Positions 27,895 through 37,894 of a stretch of 64,000 bases of DNA are shown in pieces. Source of the stretch: an uncultured Acetatifactor sp. (lineage in GTDB: Bacteria; Bacillota; Clostridia; Lachnospirales; Lachnospiraceae); NCBI GenBank assembly GCA_947586055.1, contig CANPXL010000012.1, forward strand, positions 774 to 64,773, read 5' to 3'. A program made the position numbers and the translations under genes. Numbering within the stretch: position 1 is the first letter of the stretch; every line of letters begins with the position of its first letter. Under the pieces are notes generated by a model. The model did no database searches. It worked only from the letters and a program-made list of their open reading frames with translations, and was not told where the DNA came from.

Positions 27895-28992
27895 TTATAC
27901 GTTAAAACGGAACAGGATCACATCCCCGTCCTTTACCACATAGTCCTTTCCCTCGATGCCGACAAGCCCCTTTTCCCGCGCAGCCGCAAGGGATCCCTGT
28001 TCCAGAAGATCCCTGTAATTTACCACCTCGGCCTTGATGAAGCCTCTCTCAAAATCGGAATGGATCTTGCCCGCCGCCTGCGGCGCCTTCGTGCCGATCT
28101 TAATGGTCCAGGCCCTGGTCTCATCCTCCCCGGCGGTGAGAAAGCTCATCAGTCCCAGCAGCCTGTAGCTGGCCCGGATCAGCTTTTCAAGCCCGGATTC
28201 CTTTAAGCCCAGTTCCTCCAGGAACATGGCCTTTTCGTCCTCTTCCAGCTCGGAGATCTCCTGCTCGATCTTTGCGCAGATCACAAACGCCTCGCTGCGC
28301 TCCCCCGCCGCCAGTTCTCTGACGGCCGCCACCATGGCGTTGGACGCGCCGTCGTCCGCCAGATCCTCTTCCGCCACGTTTGCCGCATAGATCACGGGCT
28401 TATCGGTGAGAAGATGTATGTCCTTCAGGATCCCCTGTTCCTCCTCGTCCTCCGTCTCCAGCGTCTTCGCAGGTTTTCCGCTCTCCAGATGGGCCTTCAG
28501 CTTCTCGAGGAACGCTTCCTCTCTTGCGTAGGCCTTGTCGGTCCGCGCCGCCTTCGAGACCTTGGACAGCCGTCTCTCCAGCACCTCCAGATCGGCGAAG
28601 ATCAGTTCCAGATTGATGGTCTCGATATCCCTCAGCGGATTTACGCTGCCGTCCACATGCACCACATTGGAATCCTCAAAACACCGCACCACATGGACGA
28701 TGGCGTCCACCTCCCGGATATTGCTCAGAAACTGATTTCCAAGTCCCTCTCCTTTGGACGCTCCCTTTACCAGTCCGGCGATGTCCACAAACTCTATGAC
28801 CGCCGGCGTCACCTTGCGGGAGTGATACAGATCCCCCAGAAGCTTCAGCCTCTCGTCGGGCACCGCCACCACCCCCACATTGGGGTCGATGGTGCAGAAC
28901 GGATAGTTTGCGGATTCCGCTCCCGCCTTTGTCAGTGAATTGAAAAGCGTACTTTTTCCCACGTTGGGAAGACCGATGATACCTAATTTCAT
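27895..28992 (-). CDS. ychF: redox-regulated ATPase YchF
   Basis: [41 protein letters not shown]. Confidence 0.97.
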   Translation of the reverse strand: MKLGIIGLPNVGKSTLFNSLTKAGAESANYPFCTIDPNVGVVAVPDERLKLLGDLYHSRKVTPAVIEFVDIAGLVKGASKGEGLGNQFLSNIREVDAIVHVVRCFEDSNVVHVDGSVNPLRDIETINLELIFADLEVLERRLSKVSKAARTDKAYAREEAFLEKLKAHLESGKPAKTLETEDEEEQGILKDIHLLTDKPVIYAANVAEEDLADDGASNAMVAAVRELAAGERSEAFVICAKIEQEISELEEDEKAMFLEELGLKESGLEKLIRASYRLLGLMSFLTAGEDETRAWTIKIGTKAPQAAGKIHSDFERGFIKAEVVNYRDLLEQGSLAAAREKGLVGIEGKDYVVKDGDVILFRFNV

Positions 28993-29903
28993 GTTCCTTT
29001 TATCTCCTTCTGCCTTATGGCGGTTCCTCTCCGCCTGTTCTTCAGTTCCTCATAGATCAGACAGTAGTTCTCATATCGGATCCGGCTGACGGCCCCCTGT
29101 TCCACCGCGTCCCTGACGCCGCAGACAGGCTCGCGGATATGGGCGCATCCGGCGAACCGGCAGTATTTTTCATAAGCCGCGAACTCTCTGTAATACTCCG
29201 CGAGCTGTTCCTTTTCCAGATCGAAAACCTCCAGGGAGCTGAAGCCCGGCGTATCCAGAATGTAAGTCCCGTCGCCCGCCGCGATCAGCTCCGTGTGGCG
29301 GGTGGTATGCCTGCCCCGCTGGATCTTGACGCTGATCTGCCCCGTCTCCATGCGGACGTTTGTCTGGAGACAGTTGACCAGGGAAGATTTCCCCACGCCG
29401 CTGGGCCCCGCCACCGCGGTGGTCCTGCCCTTTAACAGCTCCTTCAGTTCCGCGATGCCCTCTTTCGTCTCCGCGCTTACCGCCACGGTCCGATAGCCGC
29501 AGTCCGCGTAGATCTTCCGGTACCTTTCGCCGTCTCCCCGCGTGTCCAGATCCAGCTTGTTGAAGCAGACGATACAGGGGATCCCCCGCTGTCCCATCAT
29601 GATCAGGAACCGGTCCAGCAGATTAAAGCCGGGGCTTGGGCTTGCGACGGCAAAAATGACCAGCGCCTGGTCCACGTTTGCCACCGCCGGACGGATCAGC
29701 TCGCTGCGGCGCGGCAGGATCGTCCTGATATTGCCGATCCGCTCCGTTCCGTCAAGCACGTCCAGTTCCACGTCGTCCCCTACAAGAGGTTTCCTGTTGT
29801 CCTTTCGGAAGATTCCCTTCGCCCTGCACTCATAGATCCCGGATTCCTCCCCGGTATGCACATAGTAGAAACCTCCGATCCCTCTGATGATCTTTCCCCG
29901 CAT
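28989..29903 (-). CDS. rsgA: ribosome small subunit-dependent GTPase A
   Basis: NKLD, GPSGVGKSS, RGRHTT, DTPG, CRFAGCAHIREPVC zinc finger. Confidence 0.96.
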   Translation of the reverse strand: MRGKIIRGIGGFYYVHTGEESGIYECRAKGIFRKDNRKPLVGDDVELDVLDGTERIGNIRTILPRRSELIRPAVANVDQALVIFAVASPSPGFNLLDRFLIMMGQRGIPCIVCFNKLDLDTRGDGERYRKIYADCGYRTVAVSAETKEGIAELKELLKGRTTAVAGPSGVGKSSLVNCLQTNVRMETGQISVKIQRGRHTTRHTELIAAGDGTYILDTPGFSSLEVFDLEKEQLAEYYREFAAYEKYCRFAGCAHIREPVCGVRDAVEQGAVSRIRYENYCLIYEELKNRRRGTAIRQKEIKGT

Positions 29904-29906
29904 GCT

Positions 29907-32138
29907 CTACTCTTTTACAAACGTTATTTTTCTTGTGACAGTCCTTGTTTCCTTTGTGGGAGCCGGTATGACAACCTCCCCCGTGGCCGGATCCGTGACG
30001 GGCGCGCCCGGTACCTCCACCGTGTACGTCAGCGTGATCGTCCCTCCCGAAGCGGTAAGATTGTAATACCGCAGCTGCTGCGGAAAGCCTGTGACGTTCT
30101 GGATCTCCTGCAGCGTCCTGCCGTCGTCCGTCTCCAGCTTGATCGTCACGGGCATACCCTCCGCATAGTCCGGCGCTTCCTCCGGGGTGGGTCTTTGGAT
30201 ATCCACTTCGCATTTATATGTCGCCGGCGCCGCGGTGGGTTCCGGTCCCTTGCTGATCCAGAGATCCACCTTCGTGCCGGTTTCCACCTCCACGTCCTGC
30301 GTGTAATTCTGGTTAAAGATCACGTTTTCCGCAAACTGCTCATTGTATTCGTAGGTCACCTCTCCCACGCTCAGGTTCTGCTCCGCCAGCATGATCCTGC
30401 CGTCCGCCTCGCTTTGACCGATCAGGTACGGAACCCTGACGCGGCTGCTCTCAGGCTTCGGCCCAAGGCTTACGGTGAGAGTGATGCCCGCGCCCGCGGG
30501 CGCCCTTTCAAAGGCTTCCGGCACCTGCGACACCACATACCCCGCGGACACCGCGTCGGAATAACCCTCTATCCGTATCACGGTAAAGCCCTGTCCTTTC
30601 AGCGTCTTTTCCGCATCCTCATAGGACTGGCTGACCACGGAGGGAACTTCCACGCCGTTGGAATCGGACCCGGCCCCCAGACTTGCCGTGAGCGTCACAA
30701 GCGCGCCCTCCGCAACCTCGGTATTTTTCTCCGGATCGGTGCGGATGACCACGCTCAGATCATAAGTATCCGATTCCTCATAGACCACCTGCACCCTGAG
30801 ATTTTTCCCGTACAGCGTGTTTGTGGCGTCTTCCACCGTCTTTCCCACCACATCCGGCATGGGAATGACGGCCGGGACATCCGCCCCGGGATCATCCGTG
30901 CCCTCCGGCCCGTTTCCTTCCCCGCTTTCCCCGCTGACAATGCCGCTCTCCGGCTCATTCCGGTCCTGTCCCAGATTCCGGAATACATGGATGGCAAGAA
31001 TGATCACGACGATGCATACCGCGATGCCACCCAGTACCGCCAGGATCGTGGTCACACGGTCCATGCCGGGATTATAGTCGTATTCGTCCCCGTCCTCATA
31101 CTCCCCGTTTTCGTATTCCCCGTTCTCATATTCCCCGTCCGCATAATCTCCGTCTTCATAATATGCTTCCGCTTCCGAGCGCAGGCGCATGGTGCCGCTT
31201 TCCGGTTCCTCATATTCCTGATAGGCCGTATGACGCTTGATCTGCGCCATATCCCCGTCCGCGATCATCCTGGTTCCGCCCTCCAGATCCGGGTCGTTCT
31301 GTGTCACAAAATCCTCGTCCGGATTCATCAGGGACTGTTTCAGATCCGCGATCAGCTCCCGCATGTTCTGGTATCTTCTGTCAGGCGACTTCTGACAGCA
31401 TTTCATCACAATGCTCTCCACGCTCCCGGGAATCTCCGGAACATACTCCGACGGATACGGCATTTCCTCCTGAATCTGTTTGATGGCGATGGCCACGGTG
31501 GTCTCCCCGTTAAAGGGCACCCTTCCCGTGAGCATCTCGAACATCGTGATGCCCAGAGAATAGATATCGCTCTTCTCATCGCTGTATCCGCCCCTGGCCT
31601 GTTCCGGCGAGGTGTAGTGGACGGATCCCATGACGTTGGACGTGATGGTATTGCTGGTAGCCGCCTTCGCGATGCCGAAATCGGTGACCTTTACCTTCCC
31701 GTCCCGGGAGATAATGATATTCTGGGGCTTGATGTCCCGGTGTATGATATGATTGTTGTGAGCCGCCTCGATGCCCATGCTCACCTGTATGGCAATGCTG
31801 ACCGCTTCCTTGTAGGTCAGCCTCATTTTTTTCTCGATATATTTCTTGAGGGTGATCCCCTCCACAAGCTCCATGACAATATAGTAAATCCCGTTTTCCT
31901 CTCCCACATCGTACACATTTACAATATTGGGATGCATCAGCCCGGCGGCCGCCTGCGCTTCGATCCGGAATTTGGATACAAAGTTTGTGTTCTCGCTGAA
32001 TTCCTGCTTTAAAACTTTCATGGCCACAAAACGGTTCAGCTTGTGGTCTTTTGCTTTATATACATCCGACATACCGCCGGTGCCGATTTTTTCCAGCACC
32101 TCGTATCGGTCGCCGATCATCATACCGATCTTAATCAT
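29907..32138 (-). CDS. pknB: Stk1/PrkC/PknB PASTA Ser/Thr kinase
   Basis: IGTGGMSDVY, HRDIKPQN, DFG, GSVHYTSPE, TM, three PASTA-like repeats. Confidence 0.95.
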   Translation of the reverse strand: MIKIGMMIGDRYEVLEKIGTGGMSDVYKAKDHKLNRFVAMKVLKQEFSENTNFVSKFRIEAQAAAGLMHPNIVNVYDVGEENGIYYIVMELVEGITLKKYIEKKMRLTYKEAVSIAIQVSMGIEAAHNNHIIHRDIKPQNIIISRDGKVKVTDFGIAKAATSNTITSNVMGSVHYTSPEQARGGYSDEKSDIYSLGITMFEMLTGRVPFNGETTVAIAIKQIQEEMPYPSEYVPEIPGSVESIVMKCCQKSPDRRYQNMRELIADLKQSLMNPDEDFVTQNDPDLEGGTRMIADGDMAQIKRHTAYQEYEEPESGTMRLRSEAEAYYEDGDYADGEYENGEYENGEYEDGDEYDYNPGMDRVTTILAVLGGIAVCIVVIILAIHVFRNLGQDRNEPESGIVSGESGEGNGPEGTDDPGADVPAVIPMPDVVGKTVEDATNTLYGKNLRVQVVYEESDTYDLSVVIRTDPEKNTEVAEGALVTLTASLGAGSDSNGVEVPSVVSQSYEDAEKTLKGQGFTVIRIEGYSDAVSAGYVVSQVPEAFERAPAGAGITLTVSLGPKPESSRVRVPYLIGQSEADGRIMLAEQNLSVGEVTYEYNEQFAENVIFNQNYTQDVEVETGTKVDLWISKGPEPTAAPATYKCEVDIQRPTPEEAPDYAEGMPVTIKLETDDGRTLQEIQNVTGFPQQLRYYNLTASGGTITLTYTVEVPGAPVTDPATGEVVIPAPTKETRTVTRKITFVKE
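31088..31162 (-). repeat. five 15-bp coding repeats in the kinase juxtamembrane linker
   Basis: YEDGD/YADGE/YENGE/YENGE/YEDGD-type units. Confidence 0.75.
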
Positions 32139-32174
32139 ACCTGCTCTCCATTTTCTTGTTCCGGGGACTGTCCG

Positions 32175-32906
32175 TTACGCCTGCGGATCGACAAGGATCA
32201 CACTGATATTGTCCCTGCCGCCGCGCTCGTTGGCCGCGGCAACCAGTTCCTCCGCCTTCTCCACAATGTCCCGGGCGCCGTCCAGGATCATCCGGATCTC
32301 TTCGTCCTCCAGCATATTGGTCAGACCGTCCGTGCACATCAGGATCAGATCGCCCTCTTTTAACGGCACCGTAAAAAAGTCCACTCTGACGTCCTCGTCC
32401 GCTCCGACGGCTCTGGTAATGATATTTCTGTCGGGATGATTTCTGGCTTCCTCTTTTCCCATTCCGCCGCGTCTCACCATCTCCGCCACCCAGGAATGAT
32501 CCCTTGTGATCTGGCGGATCTGTCCGCTGTTCGCCACATACAGGCGGCTGTCGCCCACATTTGCCACACAGAGACTGTTTCCGTCGCAGGTAGCGGCCAC
32601 AACGGTGGTTCCCATCCCCTCCAGATCTGCCGATTCCTGCGCTCTGGCGTGGACAAGTCTGTTGGCCGAGCGGATGGCTTCCTCAAGAATACGGCTTCTC
32701 TCCGTCTCCTTTGAGTCCGCCGCTTTTTCCACGATGGTCTCAACCGTCATCTTGGAAGCGTAATCCCCGGCTTTATGGCCGCCCATGCCGTCCGCCACGA
32801 TAAAAAGATTCGGCAGGCGTCCCACGGGCTGCTCCGACGTATAAACAAAATCCTGATTCAGCTTTCTCTTTTTTCCTACGTTGGTTATGGAAAACGTTTT
32901 TAACAC
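32175..32906 (-). CDS. PP2C-family Ser/Thr phosphatase Stp1/PrpC
   Basis: NQD, VADGMGGH, GMGTT, NVGDSR, CTDGL, GGRDNIS. Confidence 0.95.
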   Translation of the reverse strand: MLKTFSITNVGKKRKLNQDFVYTSEQPVGRLPNLFIVADGMGGHKAGDYASKMTVETIVEKAADSKETERSRILEEAIRSANRLVHARAQESADLEGMGTTVVAATCDGNSLCVANVGDSRLYVANSGQIRQITRDHSWVAEMVRRGGMGKEEARNHPDRNIITRAVGADEDVRVDFFTVPLKEGDLILMCTDGLTNMLEDEEIRMILDGARDIVEKAEELVAAANERGGRDNISVILVDPQA

Positions 32907-34003
32907 GTCTTTCTCCCTCCAAAGTCCGACAGGGGTTCCTTCGCCTTCATGGCCTGCATGGTCCTTCGTCTCAGCTGGCCGCAGGCGCCGTCGATATCCC
33001 TGCCCATTTCCCTTCTTATGGTAACATTTATTTTATTTTTTTCAAGTTTATTTTGAAAAGATCGGATCCTTTCCGCCGAAGAACGCGCAAAATTCCTCTC
33101 TTCCACGGGGTTGACCGGGATCAGGTTCACATGGCATCCAAGGGGGCCCGCCAGCGCCGAAAGCTTCTCCGCGTCCCTGTCCGTGTCGTTCACGCCGCCG
33201 ATCAGACTGTATTCCAGCGTAATCCGCCTGCCGGTGCTTTCAAAATAGTCCGCGCAGGCGTCCATCAGCTCCCGGATGGAATACCTTTCCGCTATGGGCA
33301 TCAGCTTCCGGCGCTTTTCGTCCGTGGCAGCGTGAAGAGACAGCGCCAGCGTGATTCCAAGCTTCTCCCGGGCAAGCAGACGAATCTGCGGCACCAGCCC
33401 ACAGGTGGAGACGGTCACGTTGCGCTGGCTGATATGAAGGCCGTCTTCGTCCGTGAGCATCTTGAGAAAAACAAGCAGATTGTCATAATTGTCCAAAGGT
33501 TCGCCCGTTCCCATAACCACCACGTTTGAGACCCGCTCTTTCGTGTGGCGCGAAATGGCATACACCTGCTCCAGCATCTCGGAGGGAAGAAGGTTCCGCT
33601 CCAGACCGTCCAGCGTGGAAGCGCAGAAGCGGCATCCCATCCGGCATCCCACCTGAGAAGAGATGCAGACGCTGTTTCCATGGCGGTATTTCATCCACAC
33701 GCTCTCCACAAGATTTCCGTCCCCGAGGCGGAACAGATATTTGCGGGTGCCGTCCACGGCGGATTCCTGAACCCGCACGGGCTCCAGGCAGGTACAGGTA
33801 TACCGCTCTCCCAGCTTTGTGCGAAGCTGCGCGGAAAGGTTTGTCATTTCCTCAAAGCTGCCCGCCAGCTTTTTATGCATCCACTGATAAAGCTGCCCTG
33901 CGCGGTACGCTTTCTCCCCCATTCCGGTAAGCTCTTCCTCCAGCTTCGGAAGCGTCATGGACTTTATGTCTTTCTTCTGGATCTCCTGCATCTTTTCCCT
34001 CAC
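32900..34003 (-). CDS. rlmN: dual-specificity RNA methyltransferase RlmN
   Basis: CISSQVGCRMGCRFCAS radical-SAM motif, MGTGEP, DIDGACGQL. Confidence 0.96.
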   Translation of the reverse strand: MREKMQEIQKKDIKSMTLPKLEEELTGMGEKAYRAGQLYQWMHKKLAGSFEEMTNLSAQLRTKLGERYTCTCLEPVRVQESAVDGTRKYLFRLGDGNLVESVWMKYRHGNSVCISSQVGCRMGCRFCASTLDGLERNLLPSEMLEQVYAISRHTKERVSNVVVMGTGEPLDNYDNLLVFLKMLTDEDGLHISQRNVTVSTCGLVPQIRLLAREKLGITLALSLHAATDEKRRKLMPIAERYSIRELMDACADYFESTGRRITLEYSLIGGVNDTDRDAEKLSALAGPLGCHVNLIPVNPVEERNFARSSAERIRSFQNKLEKNKINVTIRREMGRDIDGACGQLRRRTMQAMKAKEPLSDFGGRKTC

Positions 34004-35414
34004 AGCGGCCTTTCTCCGCTCCGCGTCCCTTCCTCTAACGGGTTCTCTCCGGCGTCGGACGGCTTTCTTATGAACCGGGCGATAAAGAAACCGTCCCCCT
34101 GGGTATACCCGGGCAGAAGCTGCACACAGGCCCGCTTCTGCGCTTCGTTCAGCCCCTGCCGGGAAGGTTTCCCGTTCCGGTCCCGCAGTGCCTCAAAGGA
34201 CTCCCGGAACGTCCTGATCTCGCCGGGAAGCCCGTCAAGCGGCGCCGGGTCAAAGGGAAGCTGCTCCGAAATGAATCTCACCATCGCCTCGTTCTCCATG
34301 GCATCGATGGTACAGGTGCTGTAAAGCAGCGTGCCGCCGGGCTTTACATACCGCCAGCTGGCGCTTACGATCTCCTTCTGGAGCATCGTCATTTCCCTGA
34401 CGCTCTCCCGGCTGACATGGTACTTGATATCCCGCTTCTTTCCGATGACGCCAAGTCCCGAGCAGGGCACGTCCAGAAGGACCACGTCGGCCTGTCCGAG
34501 AAGGCTTTCGTCCGTGAGCCGTCCGTCGCGGACCTGCACCTCTACGTTCCGGGCGTCCATCCTGCGGGCCGCTTCCCGGATCCGTTCCGCCCTGTCCTCC
34601 GACTTGTCCCTGGCGAGGACTCTCGCCGCCTTTTCCGCCGCCAGAAGGCTTTTGCCGCCGGGAGACGCACAGACGTCAACCACGAAATCGCCTTTCCGTA
34701 TCCCTGCCGCCTCCACCGCCAGCGCCGAGCTTACGTCCTGAACGGTGAACCACCCTTCCTCAAAGCCGGGAAGTCTGTCCACGCCGTTTACTCCCTCCAG
34801 ATCGTAAACGTAGGGAAGATACCCGCTCGGAGCCGGTGTGATCCCCTGGGCCCGGAAGGCGGCGCACAGTCCCTGCGTCTGCTCCGGCGTCAGGTCCGTC
34901 CGCAGGCGCACGGACACCGGCCTGATCCGCATCAGCCCCTCCAGAATCGTCTCCGTGATCTCCACGCCGTATTCTTCCGCCCAGAGATCCACGATCCAGT
35001 CCGGCATGGAATATCGGACGGACAGATACCGCAGCGGTTCCTTCTCCCTGTCGGGAAGCGGAAGGCTGTCTTTTTGTCTGGCCAGAGTCCGGAGCACGCC
35101 GTTCACAAATCCCTTAAGGCTGCCGAAACCTCTCTTTTCCGCCAGTTTGCACGCTTCGTCGCAGACGGCGCCATCCGGGACCGTATCCATGTAAAGCATC
35201 TGATAAAGGCTCAGGCGCAACAGTTCAGGTGATAATCCAGCTCAATCCGTCTCTCCAGCGTCCCTTCCGTAAGCCGTTTGAGAAACGCTCTGTCCCTGTC
35301 GGGCAGATAATCATATTTGTCCAGCACTGCCCGGATCAGTCTGTGGGAATACTCCTTCCGGCGCTCCAGCGTCAGCAGAGCGTCCAGCGCGATCTCTCTG
35401 ATAGGATTTGCCAT
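34000..35414 (-). pseudogene. rsmB: 16S rRNA m5C967 methyltransferase RsmB/Sun, split by a frameshift at ~35220
   Basis: N-terminal ORF (35414-35211) ends ...ELDYHLNCCA*; the remainder (LLRLSLYQMLYMD...DVCASPGGK...DVPCSGLG...YSTCT) continues in another frame. Confidence 0.85.
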
Positions 35415-35505
35415 GGCCGTCCTCCCTTTCCCCATGGGCGCCTTTTAGCGCTTTCGCCCGGCGCAGGCACATGGGCTTTCCGCGCCCCTGCGGCGCGGTG
35501 CGCCG

Positions 35506-36210
35506 TCAGTCGTCTCTTCTGCGTCCGCCGCCGAAGAGCAGCACAAGACGCAGCAGCTGCAGGACGGAAGATGCTGCGGCAGCCACATAGGTCAGCGCCG
35601 CGGCTGTGAGGACCTTTCTGCTGCCGGAAGTCTCCCGGGAATCCAAAAGGCCGTACTGCCCGATCTTGTCCAGCGCCCTTGCGGAAGCGTTAAACTCCAC
35701 GGGAAGCGTTACAAGCTGAAACAGCACGGAAAGCGAAAAGGCCCAGATCCCGATCTGGATCAACGTATTGTTCCAGGCCAGCAAAACCCCAATCAGGATC
35801 AGGGGAAGGCCAAGCCTGCTGCCGATGTTCACCACGGGCACCAGCGCCGTCCGGAAATTCAGGAAGGCATACCCTCTGTCATGCTGAATGGCGTGTCCGC
35901 ATTCGTGAGCCGCCACGCTCACCGCCGTCACGGACGCGCCGTTATAGTTGCCGCTGGAAAGACGCACCGTGTTGGATCTGGGGTCGTAATGGTCTCCCCC
36001 GCTGTCTCTCAGGCATTCCACCTTCACATTGTAAAGTCCCTCGCTGTCCAGTATCCTGCGGGCCGCTTCCCCTCCGGTCATCCCTCTGCTGTTTCCGATT
36101 TTGCTGTATCGGTTCATGGTGGAATTGACAAGGGCGCTCGCCCCAAGACACAGCACCATGCCGATCAGCACAAGAGCATAAGTGGGATCCCAATAATAAT
36201 AGTATGGCAT
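35506..36210 (-). CDS. neutral zinc metallopeptidase (YugP-like)
   Basis: DHYDP, AAHECGHAIQH (HExxH), LPVEFNASARA, AAALTYVAA. Confidence 0.9.
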   Translation of the reverse strand: MPYYYYWDPTYALVLIGMVLCLGASALVNSTMNRYSKIGNSRGMTGGEAARRILDSEGLYNVKVECLRDSGGDHYDPRSNTVRLSSGNYNGASVTAVSVAAHECGHAIQHDRGYAFLNFRTALVPVVNIGSRLGLPLILIGVLLAWNNTLIQIGIWAFSLSVLFQLVTLPVEFNASARALDKIGQYGLLDSRETSGSRKVLTAAALTYVAAAASSVLQLLRLVLLFGGGRRRDD

Positions 36211-36240
36211 ATCCCGTAGCCTCCTTTTCTTCTATATCAT

Positions 36241-36405
36241 CTGATCTGTTCCGATCTGTCCTGATTTGTTCTGTTCTAATCTGATCTGTCCTGACCTGTT
36301 CTGTCCTGACCTGTTCTGTCCTGACCTGTTCTGTCCTGACCTGTTCTGTCCTGACCTGTTCTGACCTGATCTGTTCCAGTCTGACCTGTTCTGTCCTGTT
36401 CTATC
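36241..36405. repeat. pentamer microsatellite (CTGWY) with 15-bp higher-order unit
   Basis: 33 consecutive pentamers; five perfect copies of CTGTCCTGACCTGTT at 36286-36360. Confidence 0.95.
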
Positions 36406-36425
36406 CCTGCGCCGGTTTTCATTCC

Positions 36426-37376
36426 TTACCGGCTCTGTCTTCCCAGTATCTCCCCCGGCTGCATTTTTACACCCAGTAAAAAGTCATGGGCCGGCATTCT
36501 CTTCTTTCCCTCCAGCTGCAGTTCGCGGATGCGTAAGACGCCCCGCCCCGCGGCCACGGTCACACAATCCCCCGCCGCTTCCAGGATCTCTCCCGGTTTC
36601 GCGCCCTTTTCCCTGTCCGAAGCGTTGTCCGGCTCCGCTCTCCAGATCTTCAGCTGCTTTCCCCGGTAACAGGTATAAGCTCCCGGCCATGGCGTCATAC
36701 CCCGGATCCTTCGGTCGATTTCCTCCGCGGAGCCGGAAAAATCAATCTCTCCCATGGACTTGCGGATCAGGGGGGCGTAACAGCTCTCCCCGTCCTGCTG
36801 CTTCCGCGGCGTCAGCTTTCCCTGCTCCAGCAGCGAAAGAGCCTCCGCCGCCGTCTCGCCGCCCAGGATCATCAGTTTATCGTGAAGGGTCTCATAGTTG
36901 TCCTCCCTGTCGATGGCCAGCTCCCTCTGGTACAGGATATCGCCCGTGTCCAGACCGGCGTCCATCTGCATGATGGTGATGCCTGTCTTCTCTTCGCCGT
37001 CAATGATCGCGTGCTGGATGGGCGACGCTCCCCGGTATCGGGGAAGCAGGGACGCATGGATGTTGAGACAGCCGTACTTCGGAATATCCAGAATTTCCTG
37101 AGAAAGGATCTGCCCGAAGGCCGCCACGACATAAATATCGGCGAAATGCCGCCGAAGTTCCTCCACCGCCTCCGGCGTCTTGATCCGCGCGGGCTGAAAT
37201 ACCGGGATCCCGTGCTCCAGCGCCTTTTCCTTCACCGGCGGCGGGACGGGCGCTCCGCTTCTGCCCTTTGGCCTGTCCGGCTGCGTCACCGCGAGCACGA
37301 TCTCATGCCCCGCGCCGATCAGCGCCTCCAGCGCGCCTGCCGCAAAATCCGGCGTTCCCATAAAAACGATCTTCAT
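36426..37376 (-). CDS. fmt: methionyl-tRNA formyltransferase
   Basis: FMGTPDFA, VTQPDRPKGR, NIHASLLPRYRGASPI, LDTGDI. Confidence 0.97.
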   Translation of the reverse strand: MKIVFMGTPDFAAGALEALIGAGHEIVLAVTQPDRPKGRSGAPVPPPVKEKALEHGIPVFQPARIKTPEAVEELRRHFADIYVVAAFGQILSQEILDIPKYGCLNIHASLLPRYRGASPIQHAIIDGEEKTGITIMQMDAGLDTGDILYQRELAIDREDNYETLHDKLMILGGETAAEALSLLEQGKLTPRKQQDGESCYAPLIRKSMGEIDFSGSAEEIDRRIRGMTPWPGAYTCYRGKQLKIWRAEPDNASDREKGAKPGEILEAAGDCVTVAAGRGVLRIRELQLEGKKRMPAHDFLLGVKMQPGEILGRQSR

Positions 37377-37849
37377 TCCTCTGCGTCCTCCGTCACATCC
37401 CGGAGCGGGCCTTCCACCTTCTCCACATACAAATGACCGTCCAGATGATCCAGCTCGTGGCAGATGGCGCGGGCCAGCAGTTCCGTTCCCTCCAGTTCAA
37501 ATTCCTTCATATTGACGTCCAGCGCCACGACCTTCACATAATTCGGTCTCGTCACCTGTCCCGACTTGCCGGGCACGCTGAGACATCCCTCCTGCCCGGT
37601 CTGCTCGCCGCTGGATTCCACGATTCTGGGATTGATCAGGATATGAGGATCCTCCCCCGTGGTATCGATGACGACGATCCGCTTCAGCACGCCCACCTGC
37701 GGCGCGGCAAGGCCAACGCCGTTCGCTTCATACATTGTCTCCAGCATGTCTTCGATCAATTCCCTGATCCGGGGCGTCATCTCGGTCACTTCCCTGCATT
37801 TTCTGGTAAGCACTTCCTCACCGATCTCGCGTATGTTTCTGATTGCCAT
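37373..37849 (-). CDS. def: peptide deformylase
   Basis: GVGLAAPQVG, EGCLS, HELDH. Confidence 0.97.
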   Translation of the reverse strand: MAIRNIREIGEEVLTRKCREVTEMTPRIRELIEDMLETMYEANGVGLAAPQVGVLKRIVVIDTTGEDPHILINPRIVESSGEQTGQEGCLSVPGKSGQVTRPNYVKVVALDVNMKEFELEGTELLARAICHELDHLDGHLYVEKVEGPLRDVTEDAEE

Positions 37850-37894
37850 ATTTCCTCTTTTCCGCTGTGCTACAGCCTCAATACAGATCCCGTC

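Noticed and set aside
29856-32012. 718-aa plus-strand ORF (likewise 22404-24239, 13313-14920, 24602-26224, 40086-41753, 21087-22376)
   Set aside because: Antisense shadows of pknB, the PBPs, ftsZ, rsmH and murE, with no recognisable domains.
36241-36405. Pentamer array as CRISPR or iterons
   Set aside because: Contiguous microsatellite without spacers; no rep gene nearby.
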